A stretch of DNA of 63,418 nucleotides, filler included, from Octopus bimaculoides (taxonomy: Eukaryota): assembly GCF_001194135.2 (NCBI RefSeq). It is 7 parts of 7 records of this genome, joined end to end, with 100 filler letters (N's around TTAATTAATTAA, not from the genome) between each part and the next. Parts side by side here need not be neighbours in the genome. Positions count along the whole stretch, not along the records: positions 8,520 to 20,716 come from NC_068983.1; positions 20,817 to 35,827 come from NC_068982.1; 5 more parts are not named here. One strand, written 5' to 3'. Shown here piece by piece: positions 12,550-24,166 of the stretch. The position numbers and the translations under genes were made by a program. How positions within the stretch are numbered: the first letter of the stretch is position 1; every line of letters starts with the position of its first letter. A model generated the notes under the pieces. The model searched no databases. It was not told where the DNA came from and saw only the letters and a list, made by a program, of their open reading frames with translations.

Positions 12550-12960
12550 ATCAGCTTTGAAAATATCCAGGTTATCCTTGTAGTAGCATCTACTTCACAG
12601 CCGCTTTCACCTTGTGTGTCAATTCAAATCTTTGTCCTTAAATACTATTCTTCCTTAGACCAACTGGTGGAGGCGAGAGATACGGGAAACACGATGGCTG
12701 GGGGACCACTGACCAGTCCAAACTGCCGACTGATCGGTTGCCAAAGATGTGAATGGCAATGCATTATCTTGGTGAATGAGGATAACTTTCAGATTGTTGT
12801 TCAGTCTTTTTTTCCAAAGAAGTTCTATTCATTTCAGTGTCTTTGTATACTGATCATTATTTGCGGTACAGCCATCTCCCCGAAAATAATCGAGAATTTA
12901 AAAACGCTCATACCAATTTAAAAATCTTTCTTTATCGATCACTGGCTCTTGAACTTGCAG
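12550..12960 (-). mobile_element. Mariner-like transposase relic
   Basis: Minus-strand fragments LDYFRGDGCTANNDQYTKTLK, VILIHQDNALPFTSLAT and PQPSCFPYLSP resemble mariner IDYL..G.T.N..YY, HDNARPH and HPPYSPDLAP motifs; stops and frameshifts present. Confidence 0.65.
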
Positions 12961-13509
12961 AAGTTCATGTTCTGAAGTGAGCATTTGTTTTCGGATCGTA
13001 ATAATATGCTTCCCTTTTACTCCCCCACTAGGTTGTACAAAACTTTACCATCATCGAGTAAATCAGAAAAAGATTTCAACTGTATTCTTCACCTTCAACG
13101 CAGTTGTCACCTGTTGAGATACCCGCATTGCGTAGGTTTTCTGATTCCAAAACTTTCCCTTGTCGACTTTAATGGCAATGCTTCAATAGTGGTTTGCTTT
13201 CCTTTAAATACCGCATCTTTCGTGTTCATTACTTAAGTGAAAGGTGGCATCTCGTAGATGACGGCAAACTACAGCTCTCCATCGTCTAGATCCCAATGTG
13301 AACAATGAAGAAAAGAAAGACGAGTCGCTCAACAAGTATGTCAAATTAAAATAATTCTAGTAAACATACGTGTGTGTTTGTATATATGCATTTATATCTG
13401 TATGTATACGCGAGCCCGTATGTAAATGTATATGAGATTTGTTACGTTGTGCGATAGTAACAGATATTTCTCCAGCCTTTGCTAAATACTGTTGGTTCAA
13501 AACCATGAA

Positions 13510-15400
13510 GTTATGAAATATGTAAACCTATATCATAATGAAGCATCTTTCTCAACTGAGCTTTATTCGTTTATAAACTATCATATTCTCTTTCAATGTT
13601 TCTTTTCTTTATCAATAAAATCATTGATTAATATATTTCTCTCCAGAAATGGTCCTTAAATTTTTATTTGCTTCTCTAATTTTTGCGAAGCTCTAATTAT
13701 AACTATCATTGTCTTACCACGTTTTTGTAGTGACTGTTGAAAATCAAACACCTGAAAAAGTGCAGACTATTCAAAGTTAGATGAATGTATTAGTAGAATC
13801 CACACTGCAACTCATCTCGCTGATCTGGACATCAGTTGCAAAATACTTTTCATTTAATGTATCTATTTTTTACCAACTCTTTAAACTATATTTTTCTCCT
13901 GCATTGTATCAGCCTCGATCTAAAATCAAATTTCTCAATCTGTATATGCACATTAAGTTGTTGATCTTAAAGGCGATTGCCTATGATAAACACGGTCATC
14001 ATCATAACTTTCTTATGATTTCATATAATAGAGAGTTCATTGAGGGATTGTTTTTGCAATTTCTACAAATACATTAAAAATGAGTTACCTTGTTGATTGT
14101 ATTTTCTTTTTTCTTTATTGCCCACTAGGGGCTAAACATAGAGGGGGCAAACAAGGACAAACAAAGGGAATAAGTAGATTACATCGACCTCAGTGCGTAC
14201 CTGGTACTTAATTTATCGACCCCGAAATGATGAAAGGCAAAGTTGACCTCGGCGGAATTTGAACTCAGAACGTAACGGCAGACGAAATGCCGCTAAGCAT
14301 TTCGCCCAGCGTACTAACGTTTCTGCCAACTCGCCTTGTTGATTGTATTTTCTATTGGGTAACGTGTCCCTCCTGCGTTCAATCAAAGTATTTCATTTCA
14401 ATAATTCGTACACCAATACCAATACTATAGTGGTGAAATATTTTGCTATTCTGAACTACCGGCAAAAATTCGTTTCCTCCTATGACAACACACCCCTGAC
14501 CTAACAAAGGGTTTACTGTGGATACATGCTAGACATAGCAAAGAAAAATACCGTATATACAACTGAGTACCCTCCAGGGAGATGCAATAATATTTTAGAT
14601 AACAGAGTTCTTGATATCGAATATGGCTGGATGTTCCTGACTGGAACAACTTTGATCATATTTTACTTTCATCAAGGCTGACCTACGCCAAGTAGGAACA
14701 GCAAAATCTGAAATTGCACTTATTCTGGCGTTTTCGCACTTAATGTTAATGATTGACATTATCATATTTAAGACAAAATCTTTTACTGACACTTGGTTTC
14801 AGCTGAAAACTTGATTTACAAATATGCTGAAAAACACTTAGACGTGAAAATAAAACGTAATTATCTTTTGAAGTATAAGTGTATTTTTATATCATCCGTA
14901 ATATTTCTCATTACTGTGATGAGCATTTTCTTTTGTCTCTGTCTTTAGTACAGTATGTAAAAAATTAACAAAATTAATGATAAATACATGGTGAAACCAT
15001 TGCATATGTACGTCAGATAAACAGAAAAAATTGAAGGCGTGTCTTGAGCATAACATGCTTATTCACCACAATGTTTCCATGAAAGCTATTGAAGTTGTAT
15101 TTCTATCAACATTTATAGAATTTTCTTGTAACTTAATCTCTAGTGCAACGTGAAAATTAATAATGAGAATAAGGAAATTAATTAGAAAACGCAAGATTAT
15201 TATACAAAGAGAAGTTATTATTCAAATATTCTTTGACAACGGAAGAGGCTAAATGAATTATAATGAAAGACTGATGCTTTTTTCTTCAATATTGAAATCT
15301 ATTGCATGCATACCAGAATATTAAATAATCATCGTATAAATTCCTTGAATTTTTTTAATGCCCTTGATATGTTTTTATATATGCAGGAAGTAAATAAATG
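13510..15400 (+). pseudogene. Probable leucine-rich-repeat GPCR (LGR/GRL101-like) pseudogene, apparently intronless
   Basis: LRR-like pieces MKYVNLYHNE, SLINIFLSRN, IKHLKKCRL, HLADLDIS. Hinge/TM1 PPGRCNNILDNRVLDIEYGWMFLTGTTLIIF, TM2-like IALILAFSHLMLMIDIII, TM3-like SSVIFLITVMSI, then later hydrophobic segments. Multiple stops and frameshifts plus a SINE insertion. Confidence 0.5.
14108..14335 (-). mobile_element. Young family B tRNA-SINE with target-site duplication
   Basis: Reverse complement starts ggcgagttggcagaaacgttag and has B-box gagttcaaattcc. ccttgttgattgtattttct is repeated at 14088-14107 and 14334-14353. Confidence 0.9.
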
Positions 15401-16139
15401 CCCGCTGCTTCTAAGGGTAATTCCGTACTATGTGTAATACGCTATTAGAGGCAATACTCTGAATTTATGAAATAATTTGGTAACATCGACCAATTTAATT
15501 ATAAATCAATTTATCCACATTTATGTATTTGTGGAATCAGTGATATATTTCTAATGTATGGCAATAAAACTTTGTCCTGGTGAAGTGTTAGTCGGCTATA
15601 GCTGTAAGGTTATTTTATTGAAAATCACGTCACAACACTGTAATAATCCTTTGCATATTCCATAATTCAGCTGGGTACCTAATCCAACTGTTACAGCCTT
15701 GAAATGTTATAATAAGAACAGTAGCAACAGCACCAGCAATATTCATCGTTATATGAGTCGATGAATGGACGTTTATGGATAGTATCATATTATAGAAATA
15801 GCATCAAAATAAATATCTCTCAAAGTACGTGGGTTAGAATGGTTTACTATCGGTATGGATGAAATCCCTTATAAGATGATTATGTGCAATTAAAGCTAAT
15901 TAAAAACAGCAATTAAGTCAACTGTAACAATAAAAATAATACCTCATCAAATACCTTATTATCAATATTTTCGAAATTCATTTCTAATTTTCCAATATTT
16001 TTATGAAAACTTTTCGATAATTCTATATCTCGGAGTTATGCTTTTATCAACTAATTGTAAAATTGATAAGGAATTCTCCGTTACAGTCAATAAATGCTAT
16101 TTGAGATTCTCACGCACGTACGCACTGACAAACCCACCA

Positions 16140-16172
<33 letters not shown>

Positions 16173-16250
16173 CACACGCGCACGCGCACACGCGCACACG
16201 CGCACACGCGCAAACGCGCAAACGCGCACACGCACACAAATACGCACATA
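16140..16250. repeat. (CA)n/(CG)n mixed alternating purine-pyrimidine microsatellite
   Basis: cacacacaca...cacgcgcacgcgcacacgcgcacacg. Confidence 0.9.
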
Positions 16251-16540
16251 AATATATATGGTCGTGTAATGTAGTTGCGTTTAAGTTCGTGCGATTATAG
16301 AACAAGAAACTAAATGACAAGCCAAGATATATACAAGCTATATGTTGACTCTCACCTTCTCTCTGACATGTGCTCTATATCTGCGCATCCTTTTCGGGCA
16401 GCTTGCAACCGTGTTTCTTGTGAATCCAGAGTTTAGGTTAAATTGGCCCTTACGAGCAGACGATAGATAATTGAACTTATGTGTATGCCATGGTCGCTAT
16501 AAAATAGTTCAATAAAAAAATGCTTTTCAATATCAAAACA

Positions 16541-16648
16541 CCACCACCATCACCACCACCAGCGCCACCAGCACCACCACCACTACCACCACCACCACCA
16601 CCACCACCATCACCACAACCACCACCACCACCACCACCACAACCACCA
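16541..16648. repeat. (CCA)n trinucleotide repeat
   Basis: Long imperfect accaccacc run. Confidence 0.95.
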
Positions 16649-16777
16649 ATTCTGCCTAAATAATGGAACTACAGATGCAATATCCCCGCATATCTCACGT
16701 CTATTTTCATTCCCCCACTTCACTCCATATTTCATATCTTACCTAGAATAACTATTACTTAACTACTTTCTCACACC

Positions 16778-16825
16778 GTCTCCGGTGAAGGGATATATAA
16801 AATATCCCGGCAACAGTTGTAAGAC
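16778..16825 (+). ncRNA. Degenerate Penelope-type hammerhead ribozyme motif
   Basis: Stem I gtct/agac; core ccggtga (vs CUGAUGA); perfect 7-bp stem II gggatat/atatccc; ggcaa (vs GAAA); cagttg-ta (vs palindromic cagctg-UA). Confidence 0.5.
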
Positions 16826-17216
16826 CTATTTATAAATGTTCTGAAATTTTTCACAGCCTTGGATTTTTATCGCATTCTGAAATTTTTTTATATATACACA
16901 TGCTGATATATGATGTACGTTGGACTCCTCAATCGCATAATCAGCGAACCTGGAACTTAACTACAATCTGTCAATAGCACTTACTTATCATTACCTGACA
17001 CCTTTGGGTCTTATATATATATATATATGTATGTATATATANNNNNNNNNNNNNNNNNNNNNNNNNNNNNNNNNNNNNNNNNNNNNNNNNNNNNNNNNNN
17101 NNNNNNNNNNNNNNNNNNNNNNNNNNNNNNNNNNNNNNNNNNNNNNNNNNNNNNNNNNNNNNAATCTCTGAGCGAGGTATAAACAGTAACTGCACGACAA
17201 CGTGGAGTGTATTTGC

Positions 17217-17419
17217 CACTTAAATGCGGCTAAACCGTAAGGGTGAATGTTAGTGTTGCTTTTAGCCCCAGAAGAACATCTCCAACTGGCTTTTGACACA
17301 CATCTGTGCCCTTTGAAAATACCGACAGGGCACAGATGTGTGTCAATTGCCAGCTGGAGATGTTCTGGAGCTAAAAGCAACAGTAACATTCACCCTTACG
17401 GTTTAGCCGCATTTAAGTG
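17217..17419. repeat. 203-nt foldback palindrome (MITE-like)
   Basis: Arms 17217-17312 and 17327-17419 are reverse complements with 5 mismatches and one 3-nt indel; 14-nt loop. Confidence 0.95.
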
Positions 17420-17484
17420 CCTGTCTGTGTGTGTGTGTGTGTTTTGTGTGGGTGAAGGGCGTTTTCTATGTTCTTCTAACTGTC

Positions 17485-17615
17485 TATCAAATCCAGTCGC
17501 ATGGCTCTGGGCGACCCGAGGCTATAGTACAAGATGGTTGCCCGAAAGGTCATGCAGAGAGATTGAATTTGAACACTGTGGTTGTGAAACAAACTTCTTA
17601 CTACACAGTCATGCC
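17485..17615 (-). mobile_element. Old family A SINE 5' half
   Basis: aaatccagtcgcatggctctgggcgacccgaggctatagtacaagatggttgccc...cttactacacagtcatgcc. Confidence 0.6.
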
Positions 17616-17938
17616 ATTTCAAATAGAAAACTTATTTAGAAATGTTTTACTTCTGTACATTTATACTTTTTCATTTGTTATAAAATGACACAGGTTCGTT
17701 TATGTATTTCAGTTTTGCACTGGATAGTCCAATATTAGGAAGTGAATAAACCGAACCAACATATAAATAACTATGGTTTACGAATTGCTAATCAGGCGCC
17801 TGATGACAGACAACTTGGAGCTTTGGAGTATCATGTTACACCAAACCAGCTTTAAATATATTATTCTACTTAATTGTCTATACAAATTATTTTGTTTCGG
17901 TTACTTGTAATTACACTAATATAACACAAACAATCCAC

Positions 17939-17942
<4 letters not shown>

Positions 17943-17972
<30 letters not shown>

Positions 17973-18138
17973 TGTATGTATGTATGTATGTATGTATGTA
18001 TGTATGTATGTATATATGTATGTATGCATGCATGTATGTATGTATGTATGTATGTATGTATCTGCCTGCCCGTCTCTCTCTCTGTCTATTTATATATTCA
18101 GCTATCTATCTAATCTATCTATCCATCTGTGTCTCTGT

Positions 18139-18192
<54 letters not shown>
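17943..18192. repeat. (TATG)n and (TATC)n microsatellites
   Basis: Directly visible tetranucleotide runs. Confidence 0.95.
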
Positions 18193-18193
<1 letters not shown>

Positions 18194-20457
18194 ATTAACT
18201 AAATGAATAAATAGATATATGTTATATGCGATTGTATGTGTGCGTTTGTATTTGTGCGTATAATTGTGCCTGTGTGTGTGACAATATCCGTCTATAGACG
18301 TTTGAATTTCTATTTGCATGCAGTGGCTATTGTACGATTCCATACACATTTACACATTTATGTAGAGATTTTTTGTTACAAAACCTCGATCACTAGTGGG
18401 GTTTTGCAATAGTTTAATAAAAGGAAGAACACTTTGTATATTTTTGTGCAGCCTATTATGTTGTTGTACATGCATATTCTTGGTGTATACCTTTGCAGTA
18501 TTCATGTGGAAAATAAATTGAATTACTGCTGTTGTTTTGTGTGGCTACATAGGACTTCTTCATGGCTTCAATAAAATGCAAAACTGTCTCGCTGGAGGAC
18601 GGTAATATATCACCACTAACAAATATTTCCACGAGCGACACTATCTTACTGAACTTGCAATACTCCTCACAACTTAATAATTTCTTTCTACTTAATAATT
18701 CCTCTATGCTTAATGATTTCTCAGGGTAGTTCATTTGATTTTTTCGTGATGTGTGTTATATCCAAAATAACTCACTGAGAGTTTTCTTTACTTTCATTTC
18801 TCCAAATTGTTGCTGCTTACAAACAACCTCATGCTCCCAATTACCCAACTCAACAGGAAGTGCTAAAATATATATTGAAAAATCCATTAGAGTTACTCAT
18901 GTTTATAGTTGCTTTTAAGTAGCGCTTTGTACGATCGTCTTTTGTGTTCTTTGTTTTAATTTCTTCCTGTTTTACTCCGAATCTATTTGATATTTAGAAT
19001 TTCCTTCACACACAAATCTCTCATATCAAACTGTTTAGTTATCTTTTGCTTTTCTCCACAAACATATGAATCAGTTTTGTTTACAGTTACTAAAACATAA
19101 GCATGTATTAATACACCTTTGTGATTAAAATAGCTGGCATATTCCTGTTTCCAATATTAATAAATGTGCATAGCCTCCTTCTTAATTAAACACTACTAGT
19201 TTCCTCATTACTGTCATTTTTTGCAAAGTTTTTTATGATGGCATGAATCATATGAAGTATTCGCTTCTTTCCAAATATATTTCAAACATGTACAAATTAC
19301 GCTTGAACGTGTTTCTCAAATAGCTTATAGTTTGCATCTCTTTAAGATTAATTTCATGTATCTTTTACCGGAAGATGTTACTGTGCCACTTTATTGATTT
19401 CAGTCAGGTGTTAGCCTTTACGTTCGTCAAGTAAATCGAGTTTTGTTTATAAAGAGAAGGGAGATTAGATTCGCGTCTCTATTTCTCAATGATTGGCATA
19501 TAGATTCAGGAATTTATTATATAAGTGAATGATTTAGCGTTTAAAGAGTCCTTTCTTATTCGTGCATCCTTTAAAGTAAGAAATACAAAATCATTTGATA
19601 TATCACGGAAAACTCATTTGTGTCACGGAAAACTCATCAAATTCACCAAGGGTTCTTCTTATTGCAGCCACGCAGATTTTGGTTCGATCCGGCAGTCTAA
19701 ACTCCACTAAAATCTCTCGAACGCCAAGTAGTGTTCTTGTAGAGAATGAGAAATTGTATCTAGATATACACATGAGCATATTCCTGCTTGTGTTTATGGG
19801 AAATTACATAGAAAGGCAAATTCATATTGCCAAATCATTTTCGAAGAGTCCATTACATATTATTTTGAACAAGGAAAATTTTGAGAGTTTCGGTTTACCT
19901 ACAATCTTGACTTACATCTGTTTCCAGTAGTCATTATAATTTCATTTTAATGACCTAATGAATTAATGATACATTCATCAGTCGATCCTGGATATAACCG
20001 AGCAGAACACTAAAGAAATGATACGGGCATTCCCTCAGAGTTCTGCTGGGTTATAGAAGGACATGTCTATGAGGTAAATACAATTAACTGTTCAGGCAGT
20101 TCTATAATTCTCAACCGATCGATGGGCGTAAAACTATCAATAACAAACGTATACTCACTACTGAAAGCAGATGTAAATCCAATTATCTACGATAAATGAA
20201 AATATGTAATGGCCGTTATTTATGACTTGCCTTGTATATCATTCTCTGTAAAAACTATTATAACGTGCACAATCATGGATTTACAATATAGAATGGCGAT
20301 TAACTATAAGCGTGGACCCTGCCATAATTCTTTTGCTAATCTAACCAACATTATTAGCCTGGTGTGCTACCAGGGAGCTTATAGAATATTTTGCCTGGAT
20401 TGATAATCCCTCACTAAATATTTCTGTTTCACACACACTCATATATATATATATATA

Positions 20458-21145
20458 TACTAGCAGTATAACCCGACGTTGTCCGGGTGTGACTTATTAC
20501 GCCATCTACGATGTCTTGCTAGCTGAAAATCAACTAAAAAAGAAAGCCTTACAATGAAAAAACCCTTATGATGTAAATATGTTCATAATTCAAAAGACGA
20601 AATTAATAGGGAAAGTCTGAAGGCTGTTTTGTGTAACATTATTAAGTGTACGTAAATTTCATCCGTCTAATTGGCTATACAAATGCTTGTGCAAAACGAC
20701 TTTTTGCGCTGCCTTGNNNNNNNNNNNNNNNNNNNNNNNNNNNNNNNNNNNNNNNNNNNNTTAATTAATTAANNNNNNNNNNNNNNNNNNNNNNNNNNNN
20801 NNNNNNNNNNNNNNNNCTGTGAAAGTATCTGTCACTACAGTATCGAAATGTGATTGTTTCAGTTAGTGGAATAGTTTCATTTTTAAAGTGAAAGTATTTG
20901 ACATGAGTGTTTTTGTTTCACTTTTGACACGTAATACTTAAATAGTGGAGGAGATATTATGTTGCCGTGTGCTCGAACTCTGCAAGAAGTTAATAATTTT
21001 TTTTGACTAAAACACAACTGGAACCCTAAGTAAGGCATGTGTAAAATTTGAATGAAATTGGTTGCGTAGTTCTCGAGTTTTAGGGATTCATACAGACAGA
21101 CAGACAGACACACACACACACATTCTCATTTTTATATATATAGAT
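20458..21145 (+). mobile_element. Non-autonomous Helitron/Helentron-like (DINE-1/Lep1-type) element ends, split by a spacer
   Basis: 5' TACTAGCAGTATA followed by hairpin acccg-acgttgtc-cgggt. 3' end aaatttgaatgaaattggttgcgtagttctcgag...(cagacaga)n...tttatatatatagat is typical of this class. Confidence 0.6.
20717..20816. other. Synthetic assembly spacer (44N-TTAATTAATTAA-44N)
   Basis: Same 100-nt construct. Confidence 0.95.
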
Positions 21146-21214
21146 AACAAATTTTTAAGTCTACTTTGGAGAACACCTAAGAGACAGCTGGATGCCTGTA
21201 AGAGCATTTTTATG

Positions 21215-21370
21215 TGGTTGCTTGACCTGCTAGAAATAGCATTCAAATCTTTCCCAAATAGTGTTGTCCAAGAAACTGTATCTGGAAACAAGATTGGACA
21301 GTCGCTACTGAAATGTCTAATCCATCAGCAAGCACAGTGTGGATGACCAGGAATTAAACAGCAATAACAA
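21215..21370 (+). repeat. Interspersed repeat family C (ttgacctgctagaaatagc... with CAA tail)
   Basis: Similar copies at about 26330-26512, 39955-40230, 50870-51020 and 51590-51725 (-). Confidence 0.55.
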
Positions 21371-21569
21371 GACTAATAGTGAAACAGTTTTTTTTGTTTT
21401 TTTTTTCTAGGTTGGGTGTATTTATATATTACTGGGGCAATTATTTTGACGCTTGGCTGATTTTCCTGTCGCTGATCAATTGAATTTCTCTATTAAGTTT
21501 TCAGTCATGTGGTCTTTTGTTTTTTTTTACACAAGACTTCAGTAAGTTTTGAAAACACTAGCCCCACTC

Positions 21570-21790
21570 AACTGAGGGGCTTTGTCTTGTGAGTACTTGG
21601 AGACCTCACCAGTGCAAGTGCCACAAAAAAAGTACCCAGTGCACTCTGTGAAGAGGTTGACATTAGGAAGGGCATTCAGCTGTAGAAAGTACACCAAAGC
21701 AGATATTGGGGCTTGGCACAGCCCCAATTCATGTTGAGCCATCTAACCGATGCCAACATGGGAAAAGGGATGTTAAATGATAATGATGAG
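21570..21790 (+). mobile_element. RTE-type retroposon 3' tail
   Basis: ttaggaagggcattcagctgtagaa...catgggaaaagggatgttaaatgataatgatga ((GAT)n-type tail). Confidence 0.7.
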
Positions 21791-21844
21791 ATTATACTGT
21801 GATATATAATTATAAGAACTAATAGTATATGAAATTAGTCATAG

Positions 21845-22030
21845 TGGATTGGTAGAATTATTAGAGCATTAGAAGAAATTATTTGCAGTATTTATTTTGA
21901 TCCTTTATCTTTTGAGTTCAAATCTTGCCAATATCAAGTTTGTCTTTCATTCTTTTGGGGTTTATAAAATAAAGTACCAATTAATGAACCCCTCCCACTA
22001 TAATTGCTGGTCTTGTGCCAACATTTGAAA
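21845..22030 (+). mobile_element. Decayed family B SINE
   Basis: ggattggtagaattattagagc...gagttcaaatcttgcc...aattgctggtcttgtgccaacatttgaaa. Confidence 0.55.
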
Positions 22031-22468
22031 TTTGAAATTACTGGCCTTGTACAAAATATTGTTGTTACTATTGTTATTAATGCTATTGTTGTTATTTCTG
22101 GCATTTTCCACATTGATAAATATTCATTGAGTTAGCGATTTAATCAGCCATTGTGTTTATTGACCTCAATTATTTTCACCTTAAGAATTAGCCATCTTTC
22201 TTCTATCTGTGAGAAAAATATAAAAAGAAAATCTAATCATTCACAAAATTGAGTGATTTAGAATGTTCTGTTAGGAGTAAAGTTTGTGTATCATAATCAT
22301 CATCATTTTGTCAGTGTTTTATTATCGTCATCATGATCATCATTACGGTCAGTATTTTGTCATTGTCATTGTTTTTATCATTATCATCACCACAACTTTA
22401 ATATTTGTTTTTTCCTTGCTGATACAGATTGAAATCTACAATACAGCAACCCTTATCTAGCTGTCATC

Positions 22469-22616
22469 CACTAACGTAGCTAGTGGGTGCAATAGGGGCA
22501 GTCACCCCAAGCGGCACTCTTGGGTCTACTGTAGGCAATATGTGTTTTTTTGTGGGGCCCAGAGGCAGCAAATGGAAGGGCTGCTCTGGGCAGCACACAC
22601 TCTAGCTACGCTAGTG
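22469..22616. mobile_element. 148-bp hAT-type MITE
   Basis: TIRs cactaacgtagctag / ctagctacgctagtg (14/15); perfect 8-bp TSD ctgtcatc at 22461-22468 and 22617-22624. Confidence 0.9.
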
Positions 22617-22916
22617 CTGTCATCTCATCTCATTACATATATGTATGTATGAAGCCTAATATAATTAGGTTTGTTCAAACTACTTCTTAAGTCTACCTTG
22701 GCACACTTCTTTTCCCCAAAACTCATAGATATAGGAAAATATTTATTAGACAGACCTTAATGCGCATTTTTAGCTGTGCTCCTAGCATTGAGAACATATT
22801 ATTAAGTAGGCCTAAACTAGAAAAAGAGGCAGGCTGCTCAGACGAAACACCACATGTCTACTCAATGACCAGAAAGCATAAAACGTCTCAGCGGGGCAAT
22901 GGCCATGCGAAGGTAA

Positions 22917-23200
22917 GTAGGTGTTACAGAAAGTCCCTTCTTGACCAGATTCAACAGCCACAAGTCCTCATTTAACATTCAGGAGAAATGAAATGTCACA
23001 CCACTAGCGAGGCATATAAAAACATTGAAGGAAAATGTTGTACATTATAACTTCAAGTGGAGCATACTGGAAAAGTCTAAACCTTACTTTAACTGCTGGA
23101 GTCGCAGGCTCTGCTTGGCTGAAAAATGGATCATATTGAAGAACTATCTTCACCTGGGACCTACCTAAACCATAAGAGTTAGGTTTTCCACTCCTGCCCT
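22917..23200 (+). mobile_element. Penelope-like element GIY-YIG endonuclease relic
   Basis: VGVTESPFLTRFNSHKSSFNIQEK*NVTPLARHIKTLKENVVHYNFKWSILEKSKPY, then after a frameshift CWSRRLCLAEKWII; resembles PLE YIG.T...F..R...HK.SF...L..YIW.LK...WSIL...C.LC..EK. Confidence 0.8.
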
Positions 23201-24166
23201 CAGAATGTAGATTTGTCATAGTATACTGGCTGACCACCTCATGAATATAAGCAAAAACATGTCTGACCATAGGGAAATATTACCTTGCTTGGAAACAGGT
23301 GAAGGTTGGCAGCATGAAGGGCATTGAACTATAGAAAATATGCTTCCAACAATGATGATGAATTCAAAGGTCCAGCATCTGTCATATATTTGATCTGAGA
23401 ATTACAATAAGGGTGCATGCGTCTTTGGAATACTCAGCCATTTGGTCATTAATTGAACAACTGAATGTCTATCAGTGACATTGACAGGATCTGTTGTCAT
23501 AATATATATATATGTGTGTGTGTGTATACTCACATATATATGTATATATACATGTATACACACAGATTTAGAGAGACTCACACACATTACATTGAATGAA
23601 GTTGAGTGCAATTGCATTAGGAAGCTTCTCTCTTTATAATCTTTCTTCATGAAATGGTTTGTTTGTTTTACTGAAATCTTTTCCATCAGTAAATTCCCAA
23701 ATAACCTGCTAGATCTCCCAAATAGCAATTAATGTAGCTCTGACAGGCAAATAGTTATCATCAGCCTATTACTCTACACTTAACTAAGTAATCTTTACGA
23801 AGATAACATTATGCTGGTACACCCATCACATAGTATTTTAGGATAACAGAACCTATACTTATGTGTGTTTGTATGTATGTATTGAGTGTGTATGTATGTA
23901 TGTGTGTGTGTTTTAACAAACAGGAGTTAGGGTACTCAATATCATAGTAGTGTGTAATGCTTTATATTCAGCCTGTTCCCATCTGAGAAACTGAAAACAC
24001 ATCAGCAAAACTCTGGAGTAACATGTCACTAGATCAGCTTAAATAAACTATATATGTGTTTGTGTGTGTATGTATATTTATGAATATGTATATGTGTATA
24101 TATATATATGAATGTGTGTGTATTTGTGTGTATGTATGTATACATACATACATACATATGAATATA

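Noticed and set aside
16991-17639. Two similar ORFs on opposite strands (MLLLLLAPEHLQ.../MLVLLLAPEEHLQ...)
   Set aside because: Mirror translations of one DNA palindrome, not paralogous genes.
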